Source: Planctomycetota bacterium (GTDB lineage: Bacteria > Planctomycetota > GCA-002687715 > DRQF01). Taken from it: a stretch of DNA of 16,959 nucleotides. The position numbers and the translations under genes are program-made. The stretch spans positions 1 through 16,959 of the forward strand of contig JALTLO010000012.1 in assembly GCA_027001995.1 (NCBI GenBank), in the 5' to 3' direction. Position 1 is the stretch's first letter, and each line of letters opens with the position of its first letter. Of this stretch, positions 16,955-16,959 are shown one piece after another. The notes below the pieces were generated by a model. It was not told the DNA's origin and did no database searches. It saw only the letters and a program-made list of their open reading frames with translations.

Positions 16955-16959
16955 ATAAC

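Noticed and set aside
1..16959. CRISPR array, tandem repeat array or hsdS-inverting shufflon
   Set aside because: No regularly spaced repeats. Only one hsdS and no recombinase are present; the internal hsdS repeats are the normal conserved regions.

Overview
Bacterial chromosomal window; a Planctomycetota/PVC-like host is an impression only. Left block (1-6.5 kb), minus strand: a membrane-anchored FHA-domain gene that runs off the left edge and is missing from the ORF track, and a DUF5658-like membrane protein. Divergently on the plus strand: a REC plus catalytically degenerate GGDEF protein with an intact RxxD I-site, a small exported Skp/OmpH-like protein with no canonical start codon behind its best RBS, a short lipoprotein secretin (GspD-like) and a GspK pseudopilin. 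No other T2SS genes are present. Middle block (6.5-10.5 kb): a minus-strand housekeeping operon of tRNA-binding protein, recN, mannose-6-phosphate isomerase and an RluB-type pseudouridine synthase. Right block (10.6-17 kb): a more GC-rich, probably acquired segment with a type I R-M locus hsdR-dinD-hsdS. It has no hsdM in the window, its hsdS 3' end looks frameshifted, and it abuts a decayed integrase-core (IS) remnant. The best candidates for novelty are the putative c-di-GMP receptor/mini-Skp/liposecretin/GspK module and the methylase-less hsdR-dinD-hsdS unit. All assignments come from motif recognition by eye; no searches were run.
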